A stretch of 64,000 bases of DNA from an uncultured Actinomycetes bacterium (GTDB lineage: Bacteria > Actinomycetota > Thermoleophilia > Miltoncostaeales > Miltoncostaeaceae). The notes below the pieces were generated by a model. The model saw nothing but the letters and a program-made list of their open reading frames with translations, was not told where the DNA came from and ran no database searches. A program made the translations under genes and the position numbers. Position 1 is the first letter of the stretch, and each line of letters opens with the position of its first letter. This document shows, one piece after another, positions 38,459 to 48,663 of the stretch. Where the stretch lies: NCBI GenBank assembly GCA_903896045.1, contig CAITWD010000022.1, positions 4,398-68,397 of the forward strand. The letters are read 5' to 3'.

Positions 38459-39163
38459 ATGGCGATGACCGAACCCGAGACGCCCCCGGATGCACAGATC
38501 AAGCTGATTGTCGGGCTGGGAAATCCTGGCCCGAAATACGCGCGTACGCGTCACAACATCGGGTTCATGGTGCTCGATGCCCTCGCCGCTCGGCTTGATG
38601 CAGGTCGCCCATCCACAAAATTCGCCGGTGTGTGGCGTGATGCCCGCGGGCCGCATGGTCCAATTGTGCTTCTTGCGCCACAGACCTTTATGAATGAATC
38701 GGGGCGATCGGTTGGGCCGGCCGCCGGAAGCCTGCATCTTGTCCCGTCGCAGATCTTGGTACTGCACGATGAAATTGATGTCCCATTCGGGGATGTGCGC
38801 GGCAAGCACGGAGGCGGGTCGGGAGGCCACAATGGGCTGCGCTCACTCGAGCAGGGCATCGGTGGGCGTGACTTCTCCCGGATTCGCATCGGGGTGGGGC
38901 GACAGTCACCGGATTTTCGTGGAGATGAGGCTGCGTGGGTACTCGCGAACTTTTCCGAGCCTCAAGCGGATGTGGAGTCCTTAATTGCGGCTGCGGTGAC
39001 AATGGCCGAAACCGCGCTGGTCGATGGCATCACTGCCGCGATAGCGCGCCATCACGCACGTCCACCAGGTGCGAGTGCGCGGGAGCGCGCCGCACGCCGA
39101 GAGGATAATCCTGCGCCCGAAGGCGATTCGAGTTCGTCAACCGATGGGAGGGTGAGTGAGTAA
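38459..39163 (+). CDS. pth: Peptidyl-tRNA hydrolase
   Basis: LIVGLGNPGPKYARTRHNIGF. About 45-aa low-complexity C-terminal extension. Start at ATG 38459 or 38465. Confidence 0.9.
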   Translation: MAMTEPETPPDAQIKLIVGLGNPGPKYARTRHNIGFMVLDALAARLDAGRPSTKFAGVWRDARGPHGPIVLLAPQTFMNESGRSVGPAAGSLHLVPSQILVLHDEIDVPFGDVRGKHGGGSGGHNGLRSLEQGIGGRDFSRIRIGVGRQSPDFRGDEAAWVLANFSEPQADVESLIAAAVTMAETALVDGITAAIARHHARPPGASARERAARREDNPAPEGDSSSSTDGRVSE

Positions 39164-42100
39164 CCGCCCATCTGTGGCGACTACCCTCGATGGACTGCTC
39201 CTTGGCGTTCCTGAGATCGCACAGGCGTGTGCGCTCCGGGACGTGGGCGCCCGCGCCCACGATCTTCGGCTCGCGCGTCCAGCCTGGAGTTTTGTGATTG
39301 CGGCCTTGAGCCGATCTGCCGAGCGGCCACTGTTGGTGATCTGCGCAGAGGATGATGAGGCGCGCGATCTTGCCGTCGATCTCGAAGCCCTTGTTGGTCG
39401 TGCTGCGGTGGCGTTATTTCCTTCGCGAAGTGTTCCACTCGATGGTCCGGTTGGCGCCTCGCCTCATCTGGTTGGCCAGCGGGCACGTGCCTTGGCCTCT
39501 GCGGACCGACCCGGCACAATCGTTGTGTCGGGCGCTCCGGCGCTCGCTGAGTTGATTGCGCCCCCCGACGCGTGGCCAGAACCATTTCGCGTGGGCGTTG
39601 GCCAGCAGGTCGACCTCGACGCGCTGATCGATCAATTGATCGCGCGTGGCTATGAACGCACAAGTCAGGTTGAGGAGCGCGGGGAAATCGCGGTGCGTGG
39701 CGGACTTGTCGATGTCTATCCCACAAGTGCAGATCTGCCAATTCGCATTGAATTTTTTGGCGATGAGATCGAAAGCATTCGTGCCTTCTCGCCCTTTACC
39801 CAGCGCACAATTCGCCCCATTACGCGCACGGTGATTTGGGCTGCGGCGGAACCCGTGGTCACCGACGGGCTCGTCGATCCGCTTTCTGGCGGAGGGCTGC
39901 ACGCAATCGATGTGATTCGGCTTGATCCCAATGCCCACCCAGGGGCGTTGCGCGATGCACGTGAACGCTTTGCCGATGAAGCGATTGCGGGAGCGCTGCG
40001 CGATATCGAGCCGTTGCTTGTCGTGTGCGCAGAGCGCAGCCTCATGGATATTTTGCCACCGACCGGCCCCGACGCGGTCGTGGATGCGGTCCAGGCGAAA
40101 TTTGCAACGCGCGGATACGCAGAAGCCGAGGGTGAGCTTGCGCGACTTGCCCGAAATGGCCATCGGGTGGTGGTGGGCTTTACTCGACGCGGCGACATGG
40201 AGCGAGCTGCACTGCGTTGTACCAAAATCACGCCAACGATCCTCGGTTCGGGTGAGCTTCCTGCACCCGGAGCAGTGGGATTCAGCCCGCTTGATATTCG
40301 CGAAGGAATGATCTCGCATGCGCTCTCGGTCGCGATCATTCCCGAGGCCAATATCTTCAGGCGCCGGCGCGCGGCTGCCGAGACAGGCCCCGTCGTTGGC
40401 CGTCGTCTGGCGAGTTTCATGGATCTGCGGATTGGCGATTACGTCGTGCATGAGGATCACGGCATTGGCCGCCTGATTGGGTTTGAGACGCGCACCGTTG
40501 CGAATGTGACCCGCGATTACCTCGCGCTCGCGTTTTCCGGCAGCGACCGGGTCTTCGTGCCGCATGATCAGCTCGAGAAGGTCACGCGCTATGTCGGGGC
40601 CGATGGCTCCGAGCCCACGCTTTCCAAGCTCGGCGGCAAGGCATGGGACAAGATCAAGGCGCGCGCGCGAGCGGCGGTGCGTGAGATGGCAGGCGAATTG
40701 ATTTCACTCTACGAGGCCCGACAACGTGTCGAGGGATTCGCATTTCCGCCGAATGATGAGTGGGTGATGGAGCTCGAGCAGCGCTTTGCGCATCGTGAGA
40801 CCCCCGACCAGCAGCGTGCAATCGACGCGGTATATGACGACATGGAACGCCCGCGCCCCATGGACCGCCTGATTTGTGGCGACGTGGGATTCGGCAAGAC
40901 CGAGATCGCTATGCGCGCGGCGTTTAAGGCCGCCGTTGCAGGCAAGCAGGTCATGGTGTTGGTGCCGACAACTATTTTGGCCCAGCAACACGCATCGACA
41001 TTTCGTGAGCGCTTCGCAGATCTACCCGTCTCTATCGACATGGTGAATCGGTTCAGAACGCAGGCTGAAACCCGTGATGTGCTCGAGCGCTTTCGCACTG
41101 GGGCGCTCGACATCTTGGTTGGGACCCATCGATTGCTGTCGATGGATGTACAGCCTGCGGATCTGGGATTGGTGATCGTCGATGAGGAGCAACGCTTCGG
41201 AGTCGCCCAAAAAGAGGCACTGCGCCAATTGCGGGTGCGCGTTGATGTACTCGCCTTGAGTGCGACGCCAATTCCGCGGACATTGCAGATCTCCATGTCG
41301 GGATTACGTGAGATCAGCGTGATTGAAACACCGCCGCGCGGACGGCGTCCGATTGCGACCCATGTTGGCGAGTTTCAAGAGGATCTTGTGCAGCAGGCAT
41401 TGCGCACCGAAAAGGAGCGCGGAGGCCAAAGCTTTTTCCTGCACAATCGCGTCGAGACAATTCAGAACGCCGCCGAGCGCATTACCGCATTGGTTCCGGA
41501 GTTGCGCGTATTGGTCGCGCATGGGCAGATGCCCGAGCATCAGCTTGAAGAGGTCATGATCACCTTCATTCGCGGTGATGCAGATGTGCTTGTGGCGACC
41601 AGCATTATTGAGAGTGGCCTCGATATTCCTCAAGCCAACACCTTGATCGTCGAGCGTGCGGACCAGCTGGGTCTGTCGCAGCTCTACCAAATTCGTGGAC
41701 GCGTCGGGCGCAGCAATGTGACTGCGCATGCATATCTGCTCTATTCCGATGAGTCAGGGCTGACGCGTGAGGCCGCCGCACGCCTGCGGGCATTGGCGGA
41801 CTACACCGAGCTTGGCAGCGGGTTACGTATTGCCATGCGCGATCTTGAAATTCGCGGTGCGGGAAATCTCCTCGGCGATGAGCAAACCGGACATGTCGCG
41901 GCGATTGGATTTGAGCTCTATGTGGAAATGCTCCAAGAAGCCGTCGCGCTCGGGCAGGGTGCACCCATCCCTGACCGAGATGTACGGATCGATATTCCCA
42001 TCTCCGCCTACATCCCGGCAGAGTACGTCCCGTTTGAGGCCGCAAAAATTGAGTTGCATCGTCGTATTTCGCTCACGCAGGATCTTGAGGCGATCGCAAC

Positions 42101-42419
42101 GCTTGCTGAGGAAATCGGCGATCGCTTCGGTCCGTTACCCGATGGGGTCCAGTCGCTGATCGCGGTGCAGCGATTGCGGCTGCGTCTGCGCGCGCTTGGC
42201 GCGGGGCAGGTGAGCGTCCGCTCCAGCAGGGTCGTTGCCGGCCCATTGAGTTTGACCAGCCAGCAACTGCGTGCACTGCGGCAAGTGCATCCTCGAGCAA
42301 TGTATGAGTCGCGCGAAGGAATTGTGTCAGTGCCGTTGAGTTCATCGGTTCCGAGGGAGCGGATTGCCATCGCCGACGACATGCTTGCCGCCATTGCCGG
42401 GGCAGTCGCCCAGGCCTAG
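39156..42419 (+). CDS. mfd: Transcription-repair coupling factor
   Basis: CarD/TRCF RNAP-interaction domain (GDYVVHEDHGIG), SF2 helicase motifs (GDVGFGKTE, DEEQRFG), TRCF C-domain. 1087 aa. Confidence 0.95.
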   Translation: MSNRPSVATTLDGLLLGVPEIAQACALRDVGARAHDLRLARPAWSFVIAALSRSAERPLLVICAEDDEARDLAVDLEALVGRAAVALFPSRSVPLDGPVGASPHLVGQRARALASADRPGTIVVSGAPALAELIAPPDAWPEPFRVGVGQQVDLDALIDQLIARGYERTSQVEERGEIAVRGGLVDVYPTSADLPIRIEFFGDEIESIRAFSPFTQRTIRPITRTVIWAAAEPVVTDGLVDPLSGGGLHAIDVIRLDPNAHPGALRDARERFADEAIAGALRDIEPLLVVCAERSLMDILPPTGPDAVVDAVQAKFATRGYAEAEGELARLARNGHRVVVGFTRRGDMERAALRCTKITPTILGSGELPAPGAVGFSPLDIREGMISHALSVAIIPEANIFRRRRAAAETGPVVGRRLASFMDLRIGDYVVHEDHGIGRLIGFETRTVANVTRDYLALAFSGSDRVFVPHDQLEKVTRYVGADGSEPTLSKLGGKAWDKIKARARAAVREMAGELISLYEARQRVEGFAFPPNDEWVMELEQRFAHRETPDQQRAIDAVYDDMERPRPMDRLICGDVGFGKTEIAMRAAFKAAVAGKQVMVLVPTTILAQQHASTFRERFADLPVSIDMVNRFRTQAETRDVLERFRTGALDILVGTHRLLSMDVQPADLGLVIVDEEQRFGVAQKEALRQLRVRVDVLALSATPIPRTLQISMSGLREISVIETPPRGRRPIATHVGEFQEDLVQQALRTEKERGGQSFFLHNRVETIQNAAERITALVPELRVLVAHGQMPEHQLEEVMITFIRGDADVLVATSIIESGLDIPQANTLIVERADQLGLSQLYQIRGRVGRSNVTAHAYLLYSDESGLTREAAARLRALADYTELGSGLRIAMRDLEIRGAGNLLGDEQTGHVAAIGFELYVEMLQEAVALGQGAPIPDRDVRIDIPISAYIPAEYVPFEAAKIELHRRISLTQDLEAIATLAEEIGDRFGPLPDGVQSLIAVQRLRLRLRALGAGQVSVRSSRVVAGPLSLTSQQLRALRQVHPRAMYESREGIVSVPLSSSVPRERIAIADDMLAAIAGAVAQA

Positions 42420-42439
42420 CACTGCCGGATGGGGAGTGT

Positions 42440-43552
42440 GTGACCCGTCACATCGCTAGTACCGAGGAGTTTGCGTGCCGTGCTACCCTCCATGACGCTG
42501 TGCGCCCATCTCTCTTTTCACGCCTCCGGTTTCGCCTCTGTGCGATTGCGATTCTTGTCGCTATCGGTGCGATTGCGCTGAGTGCGTGTGGGTCAACGTC
42601 GCTTCCAAGCGGGGTCGTTGCACAGGTTGGCGATGCACAGATCACCCAGCAGCAGCTCGATCGCTACCTCTCACAAGTTGCCGCGAACGCGACCTTGAAT
42701 GGGCAGCGCTTTCCTGCGGCAGGGACGGCCGCCTACACCAGCGCAGTGCAGCAGGCAGTTCAGCAGCTCATCCAGATCCAGATCGTGCACGCTGAGGCAG
42801 TCAAGTGCGGAGCGCCATGTACGGTGACCGATGCAGAGGTGACCGCACAGATCAAGAAGCTTGCCAAGCAGCAGTACGGTGGATCCGTCGCCAAGTTCTA
42901 TGCATATGCCGCGAAGCTGCAGTTCTCGATTCCTGAGGCGCGCGCAGAGGTGCAGGCCGGCCTCGAGCAGCAAAAGATTCAAACGCATGTCGAGAACAGT
43001 GCGACGTATACGCCTGCGCAAGCCAAGGCCTACTACCACGCCAATAGCGCCCAGTTTAATCTGCCCGAAACCCGAGTTGTCTCGCACATTTTGGTCAAGA
43101 CGAAGTCGCTCGCGCAGACGATTCGTGCCCAGGTGACACCGGCAAACTTCGCGACACTCGCCAAGAAGTACAGCATCGACACTGGTAGCAAGAATTTGGG
43201 TGGGAACTTGGGTGCAATTCAAGAAGCCCAGGTTGTCGCAGCATTCGGCAAGGCCGCCTTCGGTTTGAAGCTCGGCGAGATTTCAACGCCCGTGTCCACG
43301 CAGTTTGGTTGGCACATCATTTATGTGACCAAGATCACTCCGCCCCACACGGTGACTGAGGCGCAAGCGATTCCGCAGATCATCACCGCCCAGACGAAGG
43401 CAAAGCGTTCTGCTGCCTACCAGGCCTGGGTGCAGAGCACCCTGAAATATTGGCAAGGTCAGACGACCTACTCCTCCTCGCAGTACGGACCGATTCCGAC
43501 GCCAAAGAGCACGACCACAACTCCCGCAACCGGAGCGTCGTCGGCAGGGTGA
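42440..43552 (+). CDS. Parvulin-type peptidyl-prolyl isomerase lipoprotein (PrsA/SurA-like)
   Basis: Lipobox-like LSAC after a TM segment. Rotamase motif SHILV...FGWHIIYV. Confidence 0.8.
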   Translation: MTRHIASTEEFACRATLHDAVRPSLFSRLRFRLCAIAILVAIGAIALSACGSTSLPSGVVAQVGDAQITQQQLDRYLSQVAANATLNGQRFPAAGTAAYTSAVQQAVQQLIQIQIVHAEAVKCGAPCTVTDAEVTAQIKKLAKQQYGGSVAKFYAYAAKLQFSIPEARAEVQAGLEQQKIQTHVENSATYTPAQAKAYYHANSAQFNLPETRVVSHILVKTKSLAQTIRAQVTPANFATLAKKYSIDTGSKNLGGNLGAIQEAQVVAAFGKAAFGLKLGEISTPVSTQFGWHIIYVTKITPPHTVTEAQAIPQIITAQTKAKRSAAYQAWVQSTLKYWQGQTTYSSSQYGPIPTPKSTTTTPATGASSAG

Positions 43553-44565
43553 TCCGGATTGTCGGCCTTGGACCCGGGGACGCCGCGTCGATCCCGGCGA
43601 GTGCGCTTGAGGTGCTGAGATCGGCGGGTGTTGTCGTCCTGCATGATCCCTCTGGATCGTTTTCCGACGTCTTTGCTGAGTTGGTGACGATGCCGTTTGT
43701 CACCGCGAGCGACCTTGACCCGGATGCGGTCATTGCCGCTGCCGATCCAGATGCCTATCGGATCGCGACCGACGATCTTGTCGGCGCACAGACCATTCCC
43801 GATCGTGCGCGTCTTCGCCAGCGTGCCATTGGCGCGCAGGTTGCACGCCTGGTCGAAGTGGGAGAGCGCCTACGACGCGATTGTCCATGGGATCGCGTGC
43901 AGACGATTCAGTCGATCGTTCCGTACACGATCGAGGAGGCATTCGAAGTCGCGGATGCGGTGGAATCAGGCGACCCTGTCAAGCAGCTCGATGAAATCGG
44001 CGACCTGCTCTTTCAGTCGGTGTTTCTGGCACAACTTCTCGAGGAGGAGCAGCTCGGTGATCTCGGAACGATCGCCCGTGACCAGGCCGACAAGTTGATT
44101 CATCGCCACCCGCATGTCTACGGCGAGGTCGCAGCTACCGATGCCGCCGAGGTGCTTGATGTATGGGAAGCGACAAAGCGTGCTGAGCGTGCCGACCAAG
44201 GCATCTTCCACGACCTGCCACTGGGTTTGCCTGCGCTTGCGTTTGCGACGAAGGCGCAAAAGCGCGCGGGATCAATCGGATTCTCTTTCGCATCAATCGA
44301 TCATGCGCTTGAGGCACTGCGTGAGGAGGTCGCTGAGTTGACCGAGGCGCCATCCCCGGATGAGCTCGGTGATGTGTTGTTTGCGGCTGTTGCGGTTGCG
44401 CGCCAGCTCGCCGCCGATCCCGAGGTTGCCTTACGTGCGACCGCGCAGCGTTTTCGCCGTCGCGTTGAGCGCGCAGCCGAGGCTGCAGCCGCTCACGGTG
44501 AGCAGTTCGCCCAGCTGGATCCCGCTGCCCAGCTGCGCTGGTACGAGTCGGTCGGGCGACAGTAG
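43549..44565 (+). CDS. mazG: Nucleoside triphosphate pyrophosphohydrolase MazG with short N-terminal methylase-like remnant
   Basis: N-terminal IRIVGLGPGD (tetrapyrrole-methylase-like beginning), then two MazG repeats (EEAFEVADAVE..., ELTEAPSPDELGDVLFA). GTGA overlap with the PPIase gene. Confidence 0.85.
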   Translation: MIRIVGLGPGDAASIPASALEVLRSAGVVVLHDPSGSFSDVFAELVTMPFVTASDLDPDAVIAAADPDAYRIATDDLVGAQTIPDRARLRQRAIGAQVARLVEVGERLRRDCPWDRVQTIQSIVPYTIEEAFEVADAVESGDPVKQLDEIGDLLFQSVFLAQLLEEEQLGDLGTIARDQADKLIHRHPHVYGEVAATDAAEVLDVWEATKRAERADQGIFHDLPLGLPALAFATKAQKRAGSIGFSFASIDHALEALREEVAELTEAPSPDELGDVLFAAVAVARQLAADPEVALRATAQRFRRRVERAAEAAAAHGEQFAQLDPAAQLRWYESVGRQ

Positions 44566-45990
<1,425 letters not shown>

Positions 45991-46145
45991 CTCGTGGGGT
46001 GCGTTGCGCCGGTGCATCCTGATGATGATGTTGTCGCGACGGGCTGAAGGAGTTCACGTCGACAGCGCGTATATCTGCTCTATCGGTTGCCGACGGTGTT
46101 GGCATCTATCTCCGGAGCAGTGCGACGCTTTCTCCACGCAGACTC

Positions 46146-46454
46146 GTGTTGGCAGGGCTCTTTTTCGCCGTCGGTGTTGCCTACATCGGCCCGGTGAGCG
46201 CCTATCTGTCGCAAAAGAGCTCCCTCCGGGCGCAAGAGCTCACATTGATGTCCTTGCAGAGCAAACGCGCCCAGCTCGAGGGGCAGCTCACCCAGATTCA
46301 ACAGCCCGCCGTGCTCGAAACGCGCGCGCGCGAGATTGGCATGCTGCGTCCGGGCGAAGCGGGATTTGTGATCAATTTTGTGACGCCGGCCGCGCGTCCA
46401 ACTGCGGCGATGACGGGCAATGAGCTCCTGCGCCGACTCACGCAACACCGCTGA
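46146..46454 (+). CDS. divIC: Septum formation initiator FtsB/DivIC family protein
   Basis: N-terminal TM helix followed by a coiled coil (SLRAQELTLMSLQSKRAQLEGQL...IGMLRPGE). eno-ftsB-DUF501 order. Start uncertain. Confidence 0.75.
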   Translation: MLAGLFFAVGVAYIGPVSAYLSQKSSLRAQELTLMSLQSKRAQLEGQLTQIQQPAVLETRAREIGMLRPGEAGFVINFVTPAARPTAAMTGNELLRRLTQHR

Positions 46455-46896
46455 CCCGGAGGTTGTTGCGCGCCTTTTGGGGCGCACCCCATTTACGGTG
46501 TTCTCCGCTGCGGTAACGTGCCCGGGTGGCGGGCCCGCCGTGCTTGCCAACGAGCCAATTGACCAACATGGACGCCCGTTTCCCACGCGCTATTGGTTGG
46601 CATGCCGTGCGCTCGGCGAGGCGGTGAGTCGGCTTGAGGCAGCCGGCGGGGTACGGATGCTCGAGTCTGACCCGGAGATGTCGCAGCATCTTGCGGATGC
46701 GCACGCACGCCATCGGGCTGCGCATGCTGGGCGCAACATTGGCGGCGTGCGAGATCCTGCGCGCGTGAAATGCTTGCATGCCCATTTGGCATTCGCGCTC
46801 GCCGAGGGTGGGAGCCCAATTGGCGACTGGATTGCCGCGCGCACCGACCTACGGTGGCCAGATGTGTGCTGCGCCACTGTGAGCGAGGGGGTGTGA
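46420..46896 (+). CDS. DUF501 domain protein
   Basis: PFPTRYWLACRAL...VKCLHAHLAFALA pattern. Same position as Rv1025-like genes after ftsB. Confidence 0.8.
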   Translation: MSSCADSRNTADPEVVARLLGRTPFTVFSAAVTCPGGGPAVLANEPIDQHGRPFPTRYWLACRALGEAVSRLEAAGGVRMLESDPEMSQHLADAHARHRAAHAGRNIGGVRDPARVKCLHAHLAFALAEGGSPIGDWIAARTDLRWPDVCCATVSEGV

Positions 46897-47222
46897 CCCC
46901 GGGTGATGCAGAGATTGCGTCGGCCCGCTTTGAGTGGGATGAGGGATTGCGCCGCATCGGAGCTGATGACTCGTCCTCGCGGGCGGCGCGTGTGGAGTTG
47001 TCGTTTGCGGTGGGTGATGAATTGCGCCGCCGACTCGGGATCACCTTCAATATTGCGCAACTGACCGGGGCCTATCAAACCTCGCATGAGTGGTACTTCG
47101 CGCTTGCCGCACGTCTTGCGCCAGGAGACCCGGAGGCATGGGAGCCGTCGATCGCCCTTGATGCCGGGTTTGCGCGGATGGCGCGCCTGGCGACCGACGC
47201 GCCCGGTCGGGGTCGCGGCTAG
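46893..47222 (+). CDS. Hypothetical 109-aa protein translationally coupled to DUF501
   Basis: GTG 46893 overlaps the DUF501 TGA (GTGA). Protein-like composition. No family recognised. Confidence 0.5.
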   Translation: MTPGDAEIASARFEWDEGLRRIGADDSSSRAARVELSFAVGDELRRRLGITFNIAQLTGAYQTSHEWYFALAARLAPGDPEAWEPSIALDAGFARMARLATDAPGRGRG

Positions 47223-48238
47223 TCGCGCAACTGGGGTGGGGCAGGCGCAGTCCAGATCGCAGCAAGAATGGGGTCACTGGTGATCCCGCGGGTCATCAGG
47301 GCGTGAATATCCGGGAGTGCATCTCGGCGCAGAAAAATATGGCGCTGGCCGACGTTCCTTTTTTCTCCCAGCAGCCCAGCACGTAGGAGTGCTTCGATCA
47401 CCATGAGTGCGTCATGGCGTTGATCGGCAGGAACGCCCCGTGAGAGATGGTCAATTGCGGTGTGGTAATTCCTTCCGACCTTTCCCATCCGGAGCAGACG
47501 CTGCAGCATCCGTCGCGCATGCCGCCGCCGCGGGCATGGGTCATCGTCGATTCCGTTTCCGAGCTCATCATCATCGTCGGGAAGCGGATCCCCGGAGAGA
47601 CCCCAATTGCGCAGGTTGCGTTCCATATCTGGGTCACGTGCGTCGATGTCGAGTGGTTGGCCGTGGGCGGCAAGCGCGATTGCCACCTCGACCGGATGCG
47701 CACCGACCGCATGTCCGAGGACCGCGATGCCACTCTGCCCGCGGGCACGCCCAAGATCAATCTCAGCGACCTCTTGGAGTGGATGCGGCAGTGGGGTGAT
47801 GGCAATTCGCGCGGCATCTGGGAGACGTTCGCCAAGCGCGAGCCCGAAGAGATCGGGATCGGCGCCTCGGGCGATCAGCACCGTCCATCCATGCCAATCC
47901 CCACACATCAGCATCTCTGAGTCGGCGCCGACATCAACTGCTGCACCAATTGCCATCACCAGCACACGTGCGGGAGCGGGGGGTGAAAAGCTTTGTGCAT
48001 GCGCGGTTGTGATTGGCAGGATCCATGCCGGGGTGCCATCAACTGTCGCGCCGCTCCACGCCCAGAGCGTCATTGCCCGCCCATGTGTCTCCCGTGCGCT
48101 TGCGGCAAGTGTTTGCGCGATCGCATCATCGTGGTCGCCGCGCTGCCATGCCACGAGGTCGTGGGCGACCTCATCGGGACGACGGGCAAGATCTGCGAAG
48201 GTGACCTCTCGTTGACCCATGCATGCAATGTCGCACAT
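47219..48238 (-). CDS. Hypothetical 339-aa protein, unknown family
   Basis: Long ORF with genome-typical codon bias. Acidic linker DDDDELGNGIDDD, then basic RRRHARRMLQRLLRMGK and a possible winged-helix-like C-terminus. Confidence 0.65.
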   Translation of the reverse strand: MCDIACMGQREVTFADLARRPDEVAHDLVAWQRGDHDDAIAQTLAASARETHGRAMTLWAWSGATVDGTPAWILPITTAHAQSFSPPAPARVLVMAIGAAVDVGADSEMLMCGDWHGWTVLIARGADPDLFGLALGERLPDAARIAITPLPHPLQEVAEIDLGRARGQSGIAVLGHAVGAHPVEVAIALAAHGQPLDIDARDPDMERNLRNWGLSGDPLPDDDDELGNGIDDDPCPRRRHARRMLQRLLRMGKVGRNYHTAIDHLSRGVPADQRHDALMVIEALLRAGLLGEKRNVGQRHIFLRRDALPDIHALMTRGITSDPILAAIWTAPAPPQLRD

Positions 48239-48299
48239 TACGACGCGTTTCGGTGTGCGTCAGTGTCCGTGTAATCTCGCGATCGATATCGATTGCGCG

Positions 48300-48542
48300 T
48301 TACTTCGGCAGTAGCGGCTCGCCACGTTCGTATCGTCGCGCCAGCCAGTCGCGCAACTGCGTGCGCTGTTGTTCATCAAGCCAGTGCGTCAGCACGTGCC
48401 GCAGACGCGTCAGCGCATCTCCGGCACCCGCAAGGGCCTGATTGCGCCCAGTACGCCATGCGATCCATCCCACCAGGTGCTGCGCATCCTCTTCGCTCAA
48501 ATAGAGGCCGCAGAATCGCTCGATGTCGTCAATGGTGGACAT
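48300..48542 (-). CDS. Hypothetical 80-aa helical protein, candidate SOS-regulated
   Basis: ORF MSTIDDIERF...RDWLARRYERGEPLLPK. The LexA-type box ends 16 nt upstream of its ATG. Confidence 0.6.
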   Translation of the reverse strand: MSTIDDIERFCGLYLSEEDAQHLVGWIAWRTGRNQALAGAGDALTRLRHVLTHWLDEQQRTQLRDWLARRYERGEPLLPK

Positions 48543-48558
48543 AGAGCGGTCAGTGTAG

Positions 48559-48572
48559 CGAACATATGTTCG
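48559..48572. promoter_or_regulatory. LexA operator (Cheo/SOS box) CGAACATATGTTCG
   Basis: Exact 14-bp palindrome matching the Gram-positive consensus CGAAC-N4-GTTCG. It overlaps the putative promoter (TACACT -10) of the 80-aa gene. Confidence 0.7.
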
Positions 48573-48606
48573 TCTATGCCTGGATGGGCACTCTCCCCGA
48601 AACGAA

Positions 48607-48634
48607 CTTCACCGCGCCGATGGGCGCGGTGAAG
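48607..48634 (-). terminator. rpoZ terminator hairpin
   Basis: CTTCACCGCGCC-GATG-GGCGCGGTGAAG, a 12-bp perfect stem. On the minus strand it is followed by GTTCGTTTC. It lies 30 nt after the rpoZ stop. Confidence 0.6.
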
Positions 48635-48663
48635 GAACTCCAGGGAACCAGAATCGCGTCGGG

